Assembly (NCBI GenBank): GCA_023256375.1
Contig: JAGDXE010000021.1
Location: 1-52,995 of the forward strand
DNA from: Thermoproteati archaeon
GTDB lineage: Archaea; Thermoproteota; Thermoprotei_A; Marsarchaeales; UBA168
Length of the DNA: 52,995 bases
Direction of reading: 5' to 3'
Both the position numbers and the translations under genes were made by a program. Positions 1 through 9,278 of this stretch are shown here, piece after piece (within the stretch, counting starts at the first letter, position 1; each line of letters begins with the position of its first letter). The notes beneath the pieces are model-generated. The model was given only the letters and a program-made list of their open reading frames with translations. It had not been told where the DNA came from and did no database searches.

Positions 1-29
1 CCGCCTGCGGCCGTGATACAAGCAAGCAG

Positions 30-119
30 GTGACGGTCGTCGAAGCCCTAGCCTACGACTAGCTTACCATGATTAGCAAGAAAGCCCGCACACTTTAGGG
101 GGGGTGGGAAGATGTCAGC
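30..119 (+). mobile_element. IS200/IS605-family right-end (tnpB 3'/omega-RNA-like) remnant
   Basis: Motif GCAAGAAAGC..CTTTAGG..G-rich..ATGTCAG, which recurs at 31452-31489; ACGGTCGT.GAAGC recurs near 52950. Resembles archaeal IS605 ends. Confidence 0.5.
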
Positions 120-135
120 TGCATACAGAGTATGT

Positions 136-534
136 TCACGGGCCTAAACTTTCGACTAATTTGTTCAATTTCTGTTCTAGCCTCCTTATTTTATTTAGTT
201 CTTCTTTTAGTGCATCGGGGCCCTCAAGGCAGTCGCGTAAAAATATTGTGAAGAATTCGTCACCAAGGTCATCATCGGTAACCATTTCCCTGAGTAAAAG
301 CGCGTCTTGAGATAAGTCGTAATAGCGCCGTGCCGCTCCTCCCTGACTGGCCTCAGTCCATGACTTTATAATTCCAAGCTCCTCTAAGTCGGCTAAATGC
401 CTGACTAGCGCCTGCTGCCGGATACCTATTTCCTTTACTAATTCACTTTGATATTTGGCTCCGGTTATTAGCGAGGTAATAATCCTTCTTTTTGTTATAC
501 TGCTTACTATTTCAATGATGTCGCGGTCCCTCAC
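136..534 (-). CDS. ArsR-like winged-HTH transcriptional regulator, probable heat-shock repressor (HSR1/Phr-like)
   Basis: RRIITSL...YQSELVKEIGIRQQALVRHLADLEELGII...ARRYY wHTH pattern; directly downstream of hsp20. Confidence 0.75.
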   Translation of the reverse strand: MRDRDIIEIVSSITKRRIITSLITGAKYQSELVKEIGIRQQALVRHLADLEELGIIKSWTEASQGGAARRYYDLSQDALLLREMVTDDDLGDEFFTIFLRDCLEGPDALKEELNKIRRLEQKLNKLVESLGP

Positions 535-548
535 CTGTTCGTAGCACC

Positions 549-1091
549 TTATTGTATCTTTATCTCGCTTCCTGGTTTTTGACTAGCCTGCTTAGGTTTT
601 AATGTAATTTCTAACACGCCATTATTATATGTTGCAGTTGCACTGTTAACGTCTATCTCAGTCTCTAGAGGTATATCCGCCTCGTACTCTTTGTGTTCCC
701 CCTTCCCTTCTACGTGTAATTCAGTCTCATCGCCTGTAAGGTGTATTTGGTCTTTGTTCACGCCAGGCATCTCGACGTATACTTTTATTAAATTATTCTT
801 TTTATCCTCCATTACATCGTAGTACGGTTCGATTGCCCTGGTTTCTAGCAATCCTCTTCTACTTGGCTTTACGTTACCGAACTGCTTGAATACTGGCTTG
901 CCATCAGGCCCGACGCTAACCGAAAATCCGTATATGTATGGGCCGAAGGAAAAGTCTTCTCTTCTTACTCTTCCTTTGGCCTCATCGAATATACTGTCTA
1001 TCATCGCGTCAGCCTCTTCTGAAAGCCTCTCGAATTCATCTAATACGTCATCAAACCAATCCCTTTCCCGATCTCTTCTTCTTTCAGACAT
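549..1091 (-). CDS. hsp20: Small heat shock protein Hsp20
   Basis: GPYIYGFSVSVGPDGKP archaeal sHSP motif, VEMPGV, ATYNNGVLEI. Start moved to ATG 1091 because a TATA box lies just upstream. Confidence 0.95.
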   Translation of the reverse strand: MSERRRDRERDWFDDVLDEFERLSEEADAMIDSIFDEAKGRVRREDFSFGPYIYGFSVSVGPDGKPVFKQFGNVKPSRRGLLETRAIEPYYDVMEDKKNNLIKVYVEMPGVNKDQIHLTGDETELHVEGKGEHKEYEADIPLETEIDVNSATATYNNGVLEITLKPKQASQKPGSEIKIQ

Positions 1092-1096
1092 TTTTG

Positions 1097-1128
1097 GTCT
1101 ATCACTATATGTGATAGACATATATAAG
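1097..1128 (-). promoter_or_regulatory. hsp20 promoter: TATA box (1121-1128) plus a 9-5-9 palindromic operator (1097-1119)
   Basis: Perfect inverted repeat GTCTATCAC-tatat-GTGATAGAC between CTTATATA (minus strand) and the ATG. Confidence 0.75.
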
Positions 1129-1244
1129 CCTTTCTGTACTTGGTATTCATAAAGCTGCTCCAATATGCTCGGCTATTAGGCGCTCCTTTTGGCTCATAAT
1201 AAAACATAAATGTTAAGTTTTTATGCTATGCAGGTATCAAATAT

Positions 1245-1748
1245 ATGTGGAAGTTTATATCGTCAAGATTTTCGCCCAGAGAAGAAAAGTTATCTGTCGC
1301 GCGTTTATTTATCCAGTACGGTTTGAGCGTCCGGGAAGGTAAGATTTATTGCGGGCAAATAGAAATTCCTACGGCTAAGGTTGCTACGGTAGTAGGTGTA
1401 GATAGAAGGACCGTAAGCGCTACAGTAAAATTGATAGAATCAGATTCTTATTTAAAGAAGATCTTCTCTGAATTAGAACCGAGTGGAAGTAGCCTTAAGG
1501 GGGTGGCAAAAAATTTTGGCTGGAGCGTTATAGAAATAACGCCTAGCGATGCCTCCAAACCCGGGATATTAGCTGGCGTGGCTTCATTAGTTGCCTCAAG
1601 AAATTTGAGCATCAGGCAAGCAATAGTCGATGATGTGGAGTTAAACCCTAATCCTAAACTCACTATTGTGGTGGAAGGCCAGCTTCCTCCCGAATTAATA
1701 TATGAAATAAAAAAAGTTCAGGGAGTGAACAGCCTCAGTATACTTTAG
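1245..1748 (+). CDS. ACT-domain predicted regulator of amino-acid metabolism (COG2150-like)
   Basis: IPTAKVATVVGVDRRTV HTH-like segment; C-terminal ACT domain (PGILAGVASLVASRNLSIRQ). Confidence 0.8.
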   Translation: MWKFISSRFSPREEKLSVARLFIQYGLSVREGKIYCGQIEIPTAKVATVVGVDRRTVSATVKLIESDSYLKKIFSELEPSGSSLKGVAKNFGWSVIEITPSDASKPGILAGVASLVASRNLSIRQAIVDDVELNPNPKLTIVVEGQLPPELIYEIKKVQGVNSLSIL

Positions 1749-1805
1749 GAATTCTTATATACGTTGCATCCTTAATTTTAGGATGCTTTCAAGGGTGTTA
1801 GAAGC

Positions 1806-2318
1806 TTGAGTGAAACCTCGTTTAGGCACGTAGTAAGAATGGTGGGCTTTGACCTACCCGGCGATGTGAAAGTGCCTTATGCTTTATCTAGGATAAGGGG
1901 AGTTGGCATAAATTTGGCCATAGCGCTTTGTAAGCAACTTGGAATTGATCCCTCTTTGAGGCTTGGTGAGATTGACGACGCAAAAATTGAATCGCTAGAA
2001 AGAGTCCTGAGAGACAAAAAGCATGCCACTCTGCCCTTGTGGTTTAAGAACAGGAGATCCGATACTATAGAAAGTGAAGATATGCACTTGATCGGGTCTG
2101 ATTTATTAATGGGGGTAAGGGGAGATGTTGAGTTAGTGAAACGGATAAAGTGCTGGAAAGGGGTTCGGCATTCGCTTGGGCTTAAGGTAAGAGGGCAGCG
2201 GACGAGAGTAACTGGTAGATTTGGGCGCTCGGTTGGTGTGTCTAAAGGCAAGCTCAAGCAGGCAATGGCTCCTTCAGCTGCGCCAGCGCCTGCGGCGCAG
2301 CCTCAACCGCAGAAGTGA
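1806..2318 (+). CDS. rps13: 30S ribosomal protein uS13
   Basis: ALSRIRGVG, WKGVRHSLGLKVRGQRTR motifs. Confidence 0.97.
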   Translation: MSETSFRHVVRMVGFDLPGDVKVPYALSRIRGVGINLAIALCKQLGIDPSLRLGEIDDAKIESLERVLRDKKHATLPLWFKNRRSDTIESEDMHLIGSDLLMGVRGDVELVKRIKCWKGVRHSLGLKVRGQRTRVTGRFGRSVGVSKGKLKQAMAPSAAPAPAAQPQPQK

Positions 2319-2324
2319 TGTATT

Positions 2325-2849
2325 ATGGGAGATATAAAAAGACCCAGAAAGAAGTGGAAGGGCCCTACAAATCCATGGTTGATTAGTTCCTTACAGGGGG
2401 AAATGCAGTTAATGGGTAAATACGGCCTTAGGAACAAGCGTGAATTATATCTTGCCGAAGCAGTAGCCAGAAAATATAGGAGGATGGAGAGAGAATTTTT
2501 CGCCTTGCCTCCTGAAGACAGGGGCGCTAATGAATCGCTTTTAATAAGCAGGCTTTACGGTCTCGGGTACTTGGAGTCCCCCCAGGGTACGTCCGATTCC
2601 GTATTATCGATGGGTGTTGAAGCAATTTTGAATAGGCGTTTTCAGTCTTTAGTTGCTCAAAAAGCTAATATATCATACTTTACCGCGCGCCAATTAATAG
2701 TCCATGGCCACGTGAGAATATTTGGGAGAGCGGTGAGGTCCCCTGGTGCCTTAATTAATCGCGATGACGAAAAAGGAATTGAAATTCCTAGCGTGCTTAT
2801 AGAGAAGATAACTGGAACCAAGGAAGGGTCCGATCAAGGTAAGAGGTGA
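2325..2849 (+). CDS. rps4: 30S ribosomal protein uS4
   Basis: [31 protein letters not shown]. Confidence 0.97.
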   Translation: MGDIKRPRKKWKGPTNPWLISSLQGEMQLMGKYGLRNKRELYLAEAVARKYRRMEREFFALPPEDRGANESLLISRLYGLGYLESPQGTSDSVLSMGVEAILNRRFQSLVAQKANISYFTARQLIVHGHVRIFGRAVRSPGALINRDDEKGIEIPSVLIEKITGTKEGSDQGKR

Positions 2850-3247
2850 GACTATTGAGTGATAACCTGAGTTGGGGTATAGCTTGGATATATAGTTCAT
2901 TTAGTAATACACTAATTTATATAACTGATATAACTGGAAGAGAGCTCATATCAAAGAAATCGGGCGGCGAAGTCGTAAAAGCTGATCGGGAGAAGCCCTC
3001 TCCATATGCAGCTACGCAAGCTGCGATAGCTGCTGCTAGAGAAGCTAAAGAAAAAGGAATAAATGCCTTAAAAGTTTACGTGAGAGCGCCTGGAGGTCAC
3101 GGAAGTAAGACGCCGGGGCCGGGTGCCCAGGCTGCAATCAGGGCGCTTTCGAGAGAGGGATTCTTTATTGGGGTCACCGAGGATATAACCCCGCTGCCCC
3201 ACGATACTACAAGGAGACCTGGTGGCAGAAGAGGTAGAAGGGTATGA
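2846..3247 (+). CDS. rps11: 30S ribosomal protein uS11
   Basis: [39 protein letters not shown]. Confidence 0.98.
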   Translation: MRLLSDNLSWGIAWIYSSFSNTLIYITDITGRELISKKSGGEVVKADREKPSPYAATQAAIAAAREAKEKGINALKVYVRAPGGHGSKTPGPGAQAAIRALSREGFFIGVTEDITPLPHDTTRRPGGRRGRRV

Positions 3248-4056
3248 CGGAGGCTGGCCCATCATTATCCGTTATAAGTAAAGAGGGTCAATCATATAAA
3301 ATTCTATTAGAAGGGATCAGTATTGCGCTAGCCAATTCTATAAGGAGGGTCCTTCTGGCCTTTGTCCCAACCCTCGCCATAGATGAAATTATTTTTGATG
3401 AAAATAATACCTCATTTTACAGAGAATACATAGCGCATCGCTTAGCATTAATACCGATTAAAACTGTTATGAGTTACGAAGAATTAGCAGATAATTATTT
3501 TGAGCCGAAGGCCGAGGTAGATATGGCGTTGGACGCGAAAGCCGAAAAAGATGAAGTAGTTTACGCATCAGAATTAAAATTTCCTGATGGTTCGGTCGCC
3601 ACGGAGCACCCTCGCATCCCCATAATATCGCTTACCGCAGGACAGAATTTAAGGGCTGAGCTAAGAGCAAAAATAGGTACGGGTAGGGATCACGCTAAGT
3701 GGCAACCTGTTAGCGCTACCTCGGTTATAAACTACCCTATAATAAAGATAAATGGGAGTTGCGAGGATTGCGCTAAGTGTGCATCCGCGTGTCCTACTGG
3801 GGCAATAACAGAAAAAAACGGTAAATTGATCGTAGTGGATGAGGCATTGTGCACTTTGTGCGGTATGTGCATGGATCAATGCCCTGAAGCGATATCGGTT
3901 TCAGGCGATCCGCGTAGGCACATATTGTCCTTTGACTTAAATGGGCAATTAGACGCTCGTACCGCACTTACGGCGGCATTGGAAATACTCAATAGGGAGT
4001 TAGGTAATATATTATCGCAATTGGAGGTGCTCGTAAATGAGGAGAAAACCCAGTAA
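3244..4056 (+). CDS. rpoD: RNA polymerase subunit D (Rpo3) with ferredoxin-like insert
   Basis: [25 protein letters not shown]; two CxxCxxCxxxCP motifs. Confidence 0.97.
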   Translation: MTEAGPSLSVISKEGQSYKILLEGISIALANSIRRVLLAFVPTLAIDEIIFDENNTSFYREYIAHRLALIPIKTVMSYEELADNYFEPKAEVDMALDAKAEKDEVVYASELKFPDGSVATEHPRIPIISLTAGQNLRAELRAKIGTGRDHAKWQPVSATSVINYPIIKINGSCEDCAKCASACPTGAITEKNGKLIVVDEALCTLCGMCMDQCPEAISVSGDPRRHILSFDLNGQLDARTALTAALEILNRELGNILSQLEVLVNEEKTQ

Positions 4057-4384
4057 TCCGGAAGTTTTGATGACGGTCAAGGCTTTGTACAGTAGTGGAA
4101 AAAATATGATGGAAGCGCTGGCTAAAAGCCTAGAAAATGGTTCGGCGACTAGAGTTTCCGTTGATGTGGGGGAGCTCTCGAGGTTGTACAATAATCATAA
4201 AGGTGTGGCAGTACCAGGTAAAGTTTTAGGATGGGGAGAGGCTAATATCCCGATGAACGTAGCAGCGGTCGCATTTTCTGAAAGCGCTAGGGAAAAAATA
4301 GAAAGGGCAGGAGGAAAGTGTTACTCGCTTTACGAGTTTGCCTCTTTACCTGAAGCCCCCTCTGGGTGGATCTTAGCGAAATAG
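4037..4384 (+). CDS. rpl18e: 50S ribosomal protein eL18
   Basis: VAVPGKVLG.G, AFSESAREKIERAGG; operon position. Confidence 0.93.
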   Translation: MRRKPSNPEVLMTVKALYSSGKNMMEALAKSLENGSATRVSVDVGELSRLYNNHKGVAVPGKVLGWGEANIPMNVAAVAFSESAREKIERAGGKCYSLYEFASLPEAPSGWILAK

Positions 4385-4852
4385 GTGAAAATTTTGAAAA
4401 ATTTTGTTCCAGATTTAGTTTTTGATGCTAGCAATGCCGTAGAAGGTAGGCTTGCTTCGGTAACGGCTAAAGCTCTCCTGGAAGGCAAGAATGTAGCGAT
4501 TGTAAATGCGGATAAGGCCATCATATCAAAACCCATTGACGGAGTGGTTAAGTGGCTTCAGCCTTGGTATGGAATACATTCATGGATAAATCCTAGAAAG
4601 CACAGCCCTAGAAAATATATGACCGTAGACGGATACTTTAGGACATCGATTAGAAATATGCTTCCTGTAGATAAGGTCAGGGGAAGGGAAGCGTATAAAA
4701 GGCTCAGGGTTTATGAAGGGGTACCAAAAGAGTTGGCCTCATATCAGGTTGAAACGCCAAAAGAAGTAATGTGGAATGGTAAAGAGGGGCACTGTACTAC
4801 TCTTTTAGAGTTAGCTTCTTATTACGGGAGAAAGAGGGTTGAGCGCGCTTGA
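4385..4852 (+). CDS. rpl13: 50S ribosomal protein uL13
   Basis: DASNAVEGRLAS, IRNMLP, GREAYKRLRVYEGVP. Confidence 0.95.
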   Translation: MKILKNFVPDLVFDASNAVEGRLASVTAKALLEGKNVAIVNADKAIISKPIDGVVKWLQPWYGIHSWINPRKHSPRKYMTVDGYFRTSIRNMLPVDKVRGREAYKRLRVYEGVPKELASYQVETPKEVMWNGKEGHCTTLLELASYYGRKRVERA

Positions 4853-5271
4853 GTAATACAGCTGAAGTTGCTAAAAGCGTTATGGCGACTGGAAAGAGAA
4901 AGAAAGCGTTGGCTAAGGCATTGGTCAAGGCTGGCGCAGGCCGCTTTCTGGTGAACGGGTATCCCGTAGAATTACACCCCAATATGCAAGTTAGGTCGCA
5001 GTTAAAAGTGCTTTACGAGGCATTGAGACCTTACAGCGATAAAATTGATGTCGAAGTGAAAAGTTACGGGGGCGGGTATATGGGGCAATTCCAGGCTACT
5101 GTATACGCCGTTTCTAGGGCGGTTTATAATTTCTTTAATAAAGACGAGTCTGTAAAACAGGTACTCTTAGAATTTGATCCTCATGCCTTGAGTGGCGACC
5201 CGAGGGAGAAGGAGCCAAAGAAGTTCGGCGGAAAAGGAGCTAGGAGGAGGTTCCAGAAGTCCTACAGGTGA
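4849..5271 (+). CDS. rps9: 30S ribosomal protein uS9
   Basis: GKRKKALA, DPREKEPKKFGGKGARRRFQKSYR. Confidence 0.98.
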   Translation: MSNTAEVAKSVMATGKRKKALAKALVKAGAGRFLVNGYPVELHPNMQVRSQLKVLYEALRPYSDKIDVEVKSYGGGYMGQFQATVYAVSRAVYNFFNKDESVKQVLLEFDPHALSGDPREKEPKKFGGKGARRRFQKSYR

Positions 5272-5483
5272 CGCGATTGCTCTTTCCCGTTAGATGTTTT
5301 ACCTGTGGGGCTGTAATAGGCGACAAGTGGGAGGATTACGAAAAAGCTATTAAAGAAGGTCGCGATCCAGCTAAGGTACTAGACGAATTAGGAGTAAAGC
5401 GCTACTGTTGCAGGAGGATGTTTTTAACGTATTATGACTTGGCTGATCAGATCCTGGAGTATTCCAGGAAAGGAGAGCCTTAA
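5268..5483 (+). CDS. rpoN: RNA polymerase subunit N (Rpo10)
   Basis: PVRCFTCG...RYCCRRM. Confidence 0.98.
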   Translation: MTRLLFPVRCFTCGAVIGDKWEDYEKAIKEGRDPAKVLDELGVKRYCCRRMFLTYYDLADQILEYSRKGEP

Positions 5484-5498
5484 AACCCGTGGGATGGG

Positions 5499-6152
5499 AT
5501 GCGTATGTCTTCCGACGAAACTGAAAGGCAGAATATAGAAGGCGAATTGCTAGTACCTCAGGAGACTTACATGCTGAGCGGAATACACATAGGGACGGAG
5601 GCCGAAATCAAGGCCATGAAAGGATTTATTTATAAAGTTAGGAACGACGGTATTCACATATTTGACCTCAAGAAGATAGACGAAAGATTAAGGGTTACGG
5701 CTAAAATGCTGGCCCGTTATGAGCCTAACGGGGTGCTGGTAGTCGCCGCGTCTCGTTTCGCTGTAAGACCAGTTCAGAGATTTGCCGAGTTAACTGGTGC
5801 TACAGCTTTTGTTGAGCGCTTCACGCCGGGCTTATTGACCAATCCAAATCTCCCAGGTTATATGGAGCCGCAGGTAGTATTTTTATCCAATACTGAAGGC
5901 GGGGGACAAGTTGTATCAGAAGTATCTTTAGCGGGCATACCTTTGGTAGCCTTCTGCGATAGTAATAGCCCCGTTGAATACGTAGATTTGATAATCCCCA
6001 TGAATAATAGGAGTAGGAGGTCGTTGGCTTTAGCTTATTGGTTGTTGGCCAGGCAGGTTCTTCGCGAGAGAGGACAGCTCGGTGCTCAGGAAGACCTTCC
6101 CGAAGGGCCAGAAAGCTTTGAAACAGAGGCAGAGGAAGGAGGGATTGAATGA
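5499..6152 (+). CDS. rps2: 30S ribosomal protein uS2
   Basis: GIHIG, RFTPGLLTN, IPMNNRSRRSLAL. Confidence 0.96.
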   Translation: MRMSSDETERQNIEGELLVPQETYMLSGIHIGTEAEIKAMKGFIYKVRNDGIHIFDLKKIDERLRVTAKMLARYEPNGVLVVAASRFAVRPVQRFAELTGATAFVERFTPGLLTNPNLPGYMEPQVVFLSNTEGGGQVVSEVSLAGIPLVAFCDSNSPVEYVDLIIPMNNRSRRSLALAYWLLARQVLRERGQLGAQEDLPEGPESFETEAEEGGIE

Positions 6153-6942
6153 GTATGACCCCGGCAACGGGGTAGTAATCGTAAAAATCGGCGGTAGCGT
6201 ATTAACGTTTAAAGAGAAATTTTTTGAACCAAGAACTGAAATTATCGCGCAACTCGCGCAAGAGATTAAAAACGCGCTCCCAAGATTGGGGGGGTTAATT
6301 TTAGTTCACGGAGGTGGATCCTTCGGTCATCCAGTAGCCGCGCATTACTTGCTTCAAAAAGGATACGCCTCGAATGCGCCAGCGATTGCGTTAACCGAAG
6401 TTGAGGACGCCATGAGGAAGCTGAACGGAATTGTTGAAGAAGGTTTGGCGCGTGTAGGGCTTCCCGTTTTTACCGTGCAAACGTCAGCCGTTGCAAGGGC
6501 AAGACAAGGTAAATTGGCTGAAATTAATACTAGTTTCTTTTCAGAACTCTTGTCTTTATCTTTAATACCAATAACGTACGGTTCTCTTATTTTTGACGAA
6601 ACCTTGGGCTATACGATAGTTTCCGGTGATGACATATCCGTTAAATTGGCGGTTGGATTAGGTGCTAAATCACTTATTTTTGTGAGTGATGTAGATGGTT
6701 TATACGATCGCGATCCCAAGATCCACCCTGACGCTAAACTATTAAGGAAGGTGAGCCTGACAAGGGATCACGTAATCTTCGGTGAGGTTAAAGACGTGAC
6801 GGGTGGTATAAGAAATAAAGTGGAGAATGCTGGCTTAGCGGTTAGCTCTGGTGTAGCGGTTCGCCTTATAAACGGTTTAAGGCGTGGGAATTTATATGCC
6901 GCTTTAAACGGAGAGGACGTCGGCACAGAGTTCATCGAATAG
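6145..6942 (+). CDS. ipk: Isopentenyl phosphate kinase
   Basis: KIGGSVLT, VHGGGSFGH, SGDD, DVTGGI; upstream of fni. Start set at TTG 6145. Confidence 0.9.
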   Translation: MNEYDPGNGVVIVKIGGSVLTFKEKFFEPRTEIIAQLAQEIKNALPRLGGLILVHGGGSFGHPVAAHYLLQKGYASNAPAIALTEVEDAMRKLNGIVEEGLARVGLPVFTVQTSAVARARQGKLAEINTSFFSELLSLSLIPITYGSLIFDETLGYTIVSGDDISVKLAVGLGAKSLIFVSDVDGLYDRDPKIHPDAKLLRKVSLTRDHVIFGEVKDVTGGIRNKVENAGLAVSSGVAVRLINGLRRGNLYAALNGEDVGTEFIE

Positions 6943-8015
6943 TGATTAAATTGAGTTCAGAAAATTCTAAAAAAAGCGACAGAAAGAAAGACCACATAGA
7001 AATAGCGCTGAAGCATGACGTAGTCCCCAAGAGGTTTATTTCCCAGTTTGATGAAGTAGTGCTTATTCATGAGGCTTTGCCCAGTTTAGACTCAAGCGAT
7101 ATCGACATGACGCTAGAGTTCATCGGGAAGAAATTATCCGCCCCCTTAATAGTGGGGGCCATGACCGGCGGTACTGCGGGGAGCGAAGTCATAAATGGAA
7201 ATATAGCTGAAGCCGTGGAGGAGTTGGGTCTTGGTATGGGTATTGGCAGCCAAAAGCTCGCTTTAGGAGATTCATCTTTTGAGTACACTTTTGCTATTGC
7301 TAGGAGAAAAGCTCCTAACGCGGTAATTTTGGGGAATTTGGGTGCCTCGAACGTATTCCGTATGAGTAGAACGGAGATCAGGCGGGCAGTTGAAATGATT
7401 CAGGCAGATGCACTAGAAATTCATTTGAACGCTTTGCAAGAATTCTTGCAGCCCGAGGGTGAACCCAATTTTAAGGGTTTGGAGGAGAAATTAGATCAAA
7501 TATGCGATGAAGCTGGAGTGCCGGTTTTCGTGAAGGAGACCGGCTCAGGAATTTCTATGGAGACTGCTAAAAGACTAAACGGCAAAAAAATTTCCGGATT
7601 TGATATTGGAGGAGCCGGCGGGACATCGTTTGCTGTTATCGAAGGAAAGAGGCGCAATGACGATGTAGCGGAGCCATTTTATGGTTGGGGAATCCCGACG
7701 GCCGCTTCGATTATGGAAGTTCGTTCGGTCAGCGATAAGTTAATTATTGCAAGCGGGGGCGTCCGGAGCGGTCTCGACGCAGTAAAAGCCATGGTTTTAG
7801 GTGCTACTTTATCTTCTATGGCAAGACCTCTTCTAAGACCGGCGACGCGTTCTTCGGATGAAGTGAAAAATTTCCTCGTTAAGACAGAAGAACAAATACG
7901 GATTGGAATGGCGCTTACCGGCTCTAGAGATTTGAAGGCTTTAATGAAGGTAAAGTTTCTACTGATGGGTGATCTTGCCCAATGGGTTCGTCAAAGAGGG
8001 ATTTTTAGTCTATAA
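6942..8015 (+). CDS. fni: Type 2 isopentenyl-diphosphate isomerase
   Basis: RKKDHI, AMTGG, HLNALQE, VKETG.G, GGTS, SGGVRSG. Confidence 0.97.
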   Translation: MIKLSSENSKKSDRKKDHIEIALKHDVVPKRFISQFDEVVLIHEALPSLDSSDIDMTLEFIGKKLSAPLIVGAMTGGTAGSEVINGNIAEAVEELGLGMGIGSQKLALGDSSFEYTFAIARRKAPNAVILGNLGASNVFRMSRTEIRRAVEMIQADALEIHLNALQEFLQPEGEPNFKGLEEKLDQICDEAGVPVFVKETGSGISMETAKRLNGKKISGFDIGGAGGTSFAVIEGKRRNDDVAEPFYGWGIPTAASIMEVRSVSDKLIIASGGVRSGLDAVKAMVLGATLSSMARPLLRPATRSSDEVKNFLVKTEEQIRIGMALTGSRDLKALMKVKFLLMGDLAQWVRQRGIFSL

Positions 8016-8324
8016 TTCAAAGGTGCCCAGTTATAAGATCGGCTACAAGCAGGCGCTAAAAATAGATTGGGATTTTGGCCATCAGGCAGGGAGCGAAAAT
8101 TCCGCTTTTGCGAAACCGGGGTAAAAACCTCGAATGGGCTCATCCAAATTGGAGGCTATGACCCGCAGGGTACCGGCTTGCCGCCGAAGCAAGACTTGCC
8201 GTGCATTGGTGTGGAAATGATACAGGTACTATCATGCTGCGCGCAGCGCCGGATCCGTAGATGTTCGGTCATAAACCCTAAATGCTGGTAAACGTTAATC
8301 GCGATGGCCATATTGGTGAGTTAG

Positions 8325-9278
8325 TTGCCAGGTATCGAAGATGTAGAGCGGGAAATTAAAATAGTACTTAGGGGCGAACCCGAAATTCTTTTTGACGCCG
8401 CGAATTATTTGATATCCACTGGCGGAAAGAGGTTAAGGCCACGGCTGCTTTTGACTTTTAATGACGCTCTGGGTGGAAATCATGAACAGGCGATAAAGGC
8501 GGCAGCTTCTATTGAGATGCTTCATAATTTCACTTTAATACACGATGACATAATGGATAAGGACGAAACTAGGCACGGCGTACCTACTACGCACGTGAAG
8601 TACGGGGAAGCAATAGCTATACTGGCAGGAGACGTACTTCAATCGCAATCTCAAATGGAAATGGCAAGAGCCACTGAGGGATTACCTAAGAATAAGGCGC
8701 GCCATTTACTTGAAAGGCACGCACATATTTCGACTGAAATCGCTAGGGGCCAAACCTTAGATATGACGTTTGAGGATTTACCTTATGAAAAGTTTAACTC
8801 AAAACTGTATTACTCTATGATTAGGCTAAAAACGGCCGTGTTATTTTCTCACGCTTGCTGGGTTGGGGCTTATCTTGCCGATGCTAGCTCCAGTTTGGCC
8901 AATAAAGCGGCAATATTTGGGCTTAACCTTGGAATGGCTTTCCAAATGGCTGACGATATACTAGGTCTCGTAGGCGACCCATCCATTACGGGTAAGCCAG
9001 TCGGCAGCGATGTTCGGAACGGCAAAAAGACTATGCCAATAATTATTGCTTTGAGCAAGCTAAGCGGGGAGAAAAGACTAAAAGTGCTTAATATGCTAAA
9101 AGAAGAAGATATTTCGGTCATTGATGATATAGTCGAAATAGGTGGAATTGATGATACTAAACTGCTGATGAATCAGTTTTACCAGAAAGCCGAATCAGTT
9201 TTATCTGCGTTTCCGAAGTCCACGCAAATTGAAGATTTAAGGGCTTTGCTTTCTTCTTCGGTGGTAAGAGAAAAATGA
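8325..9278 (+). CDS. gds: Geranylgeranyl diphosphate synthase (polyprenyl synthetase)
   Basis: GGKRLRP, FTLIHDDIMD, AFQMADDIL, GSDVRNGKKT. Confidence 0.95.
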   Translation: MPGIEDVEREIKIVLRGEPEILFDAANYLISTGGKRLRPRLLLTFNDALGGNHEQAIKAAASIEMLHNFTLIHDDIMDKDETRHGVPTTHVKYGEAIAILAGDVLQSQSQMEMARATEGLPKNKARHLLERHAHISTEIARGQTLDMTFEDLPYEKFNSKLYYSMIRLKTAVLFSHACWVGAYLADASSSLANKAAIFGLNLGMAFQMADDILGLVGDPSITGKPVGSDVRNGKKTMPIIIALSKLSGEKRLKVLNMLKEEDISVIDDIVEIGGIDDTKLLMNQFYQKAESVLSAFPKSTQIEDLRALLSSSVVREK

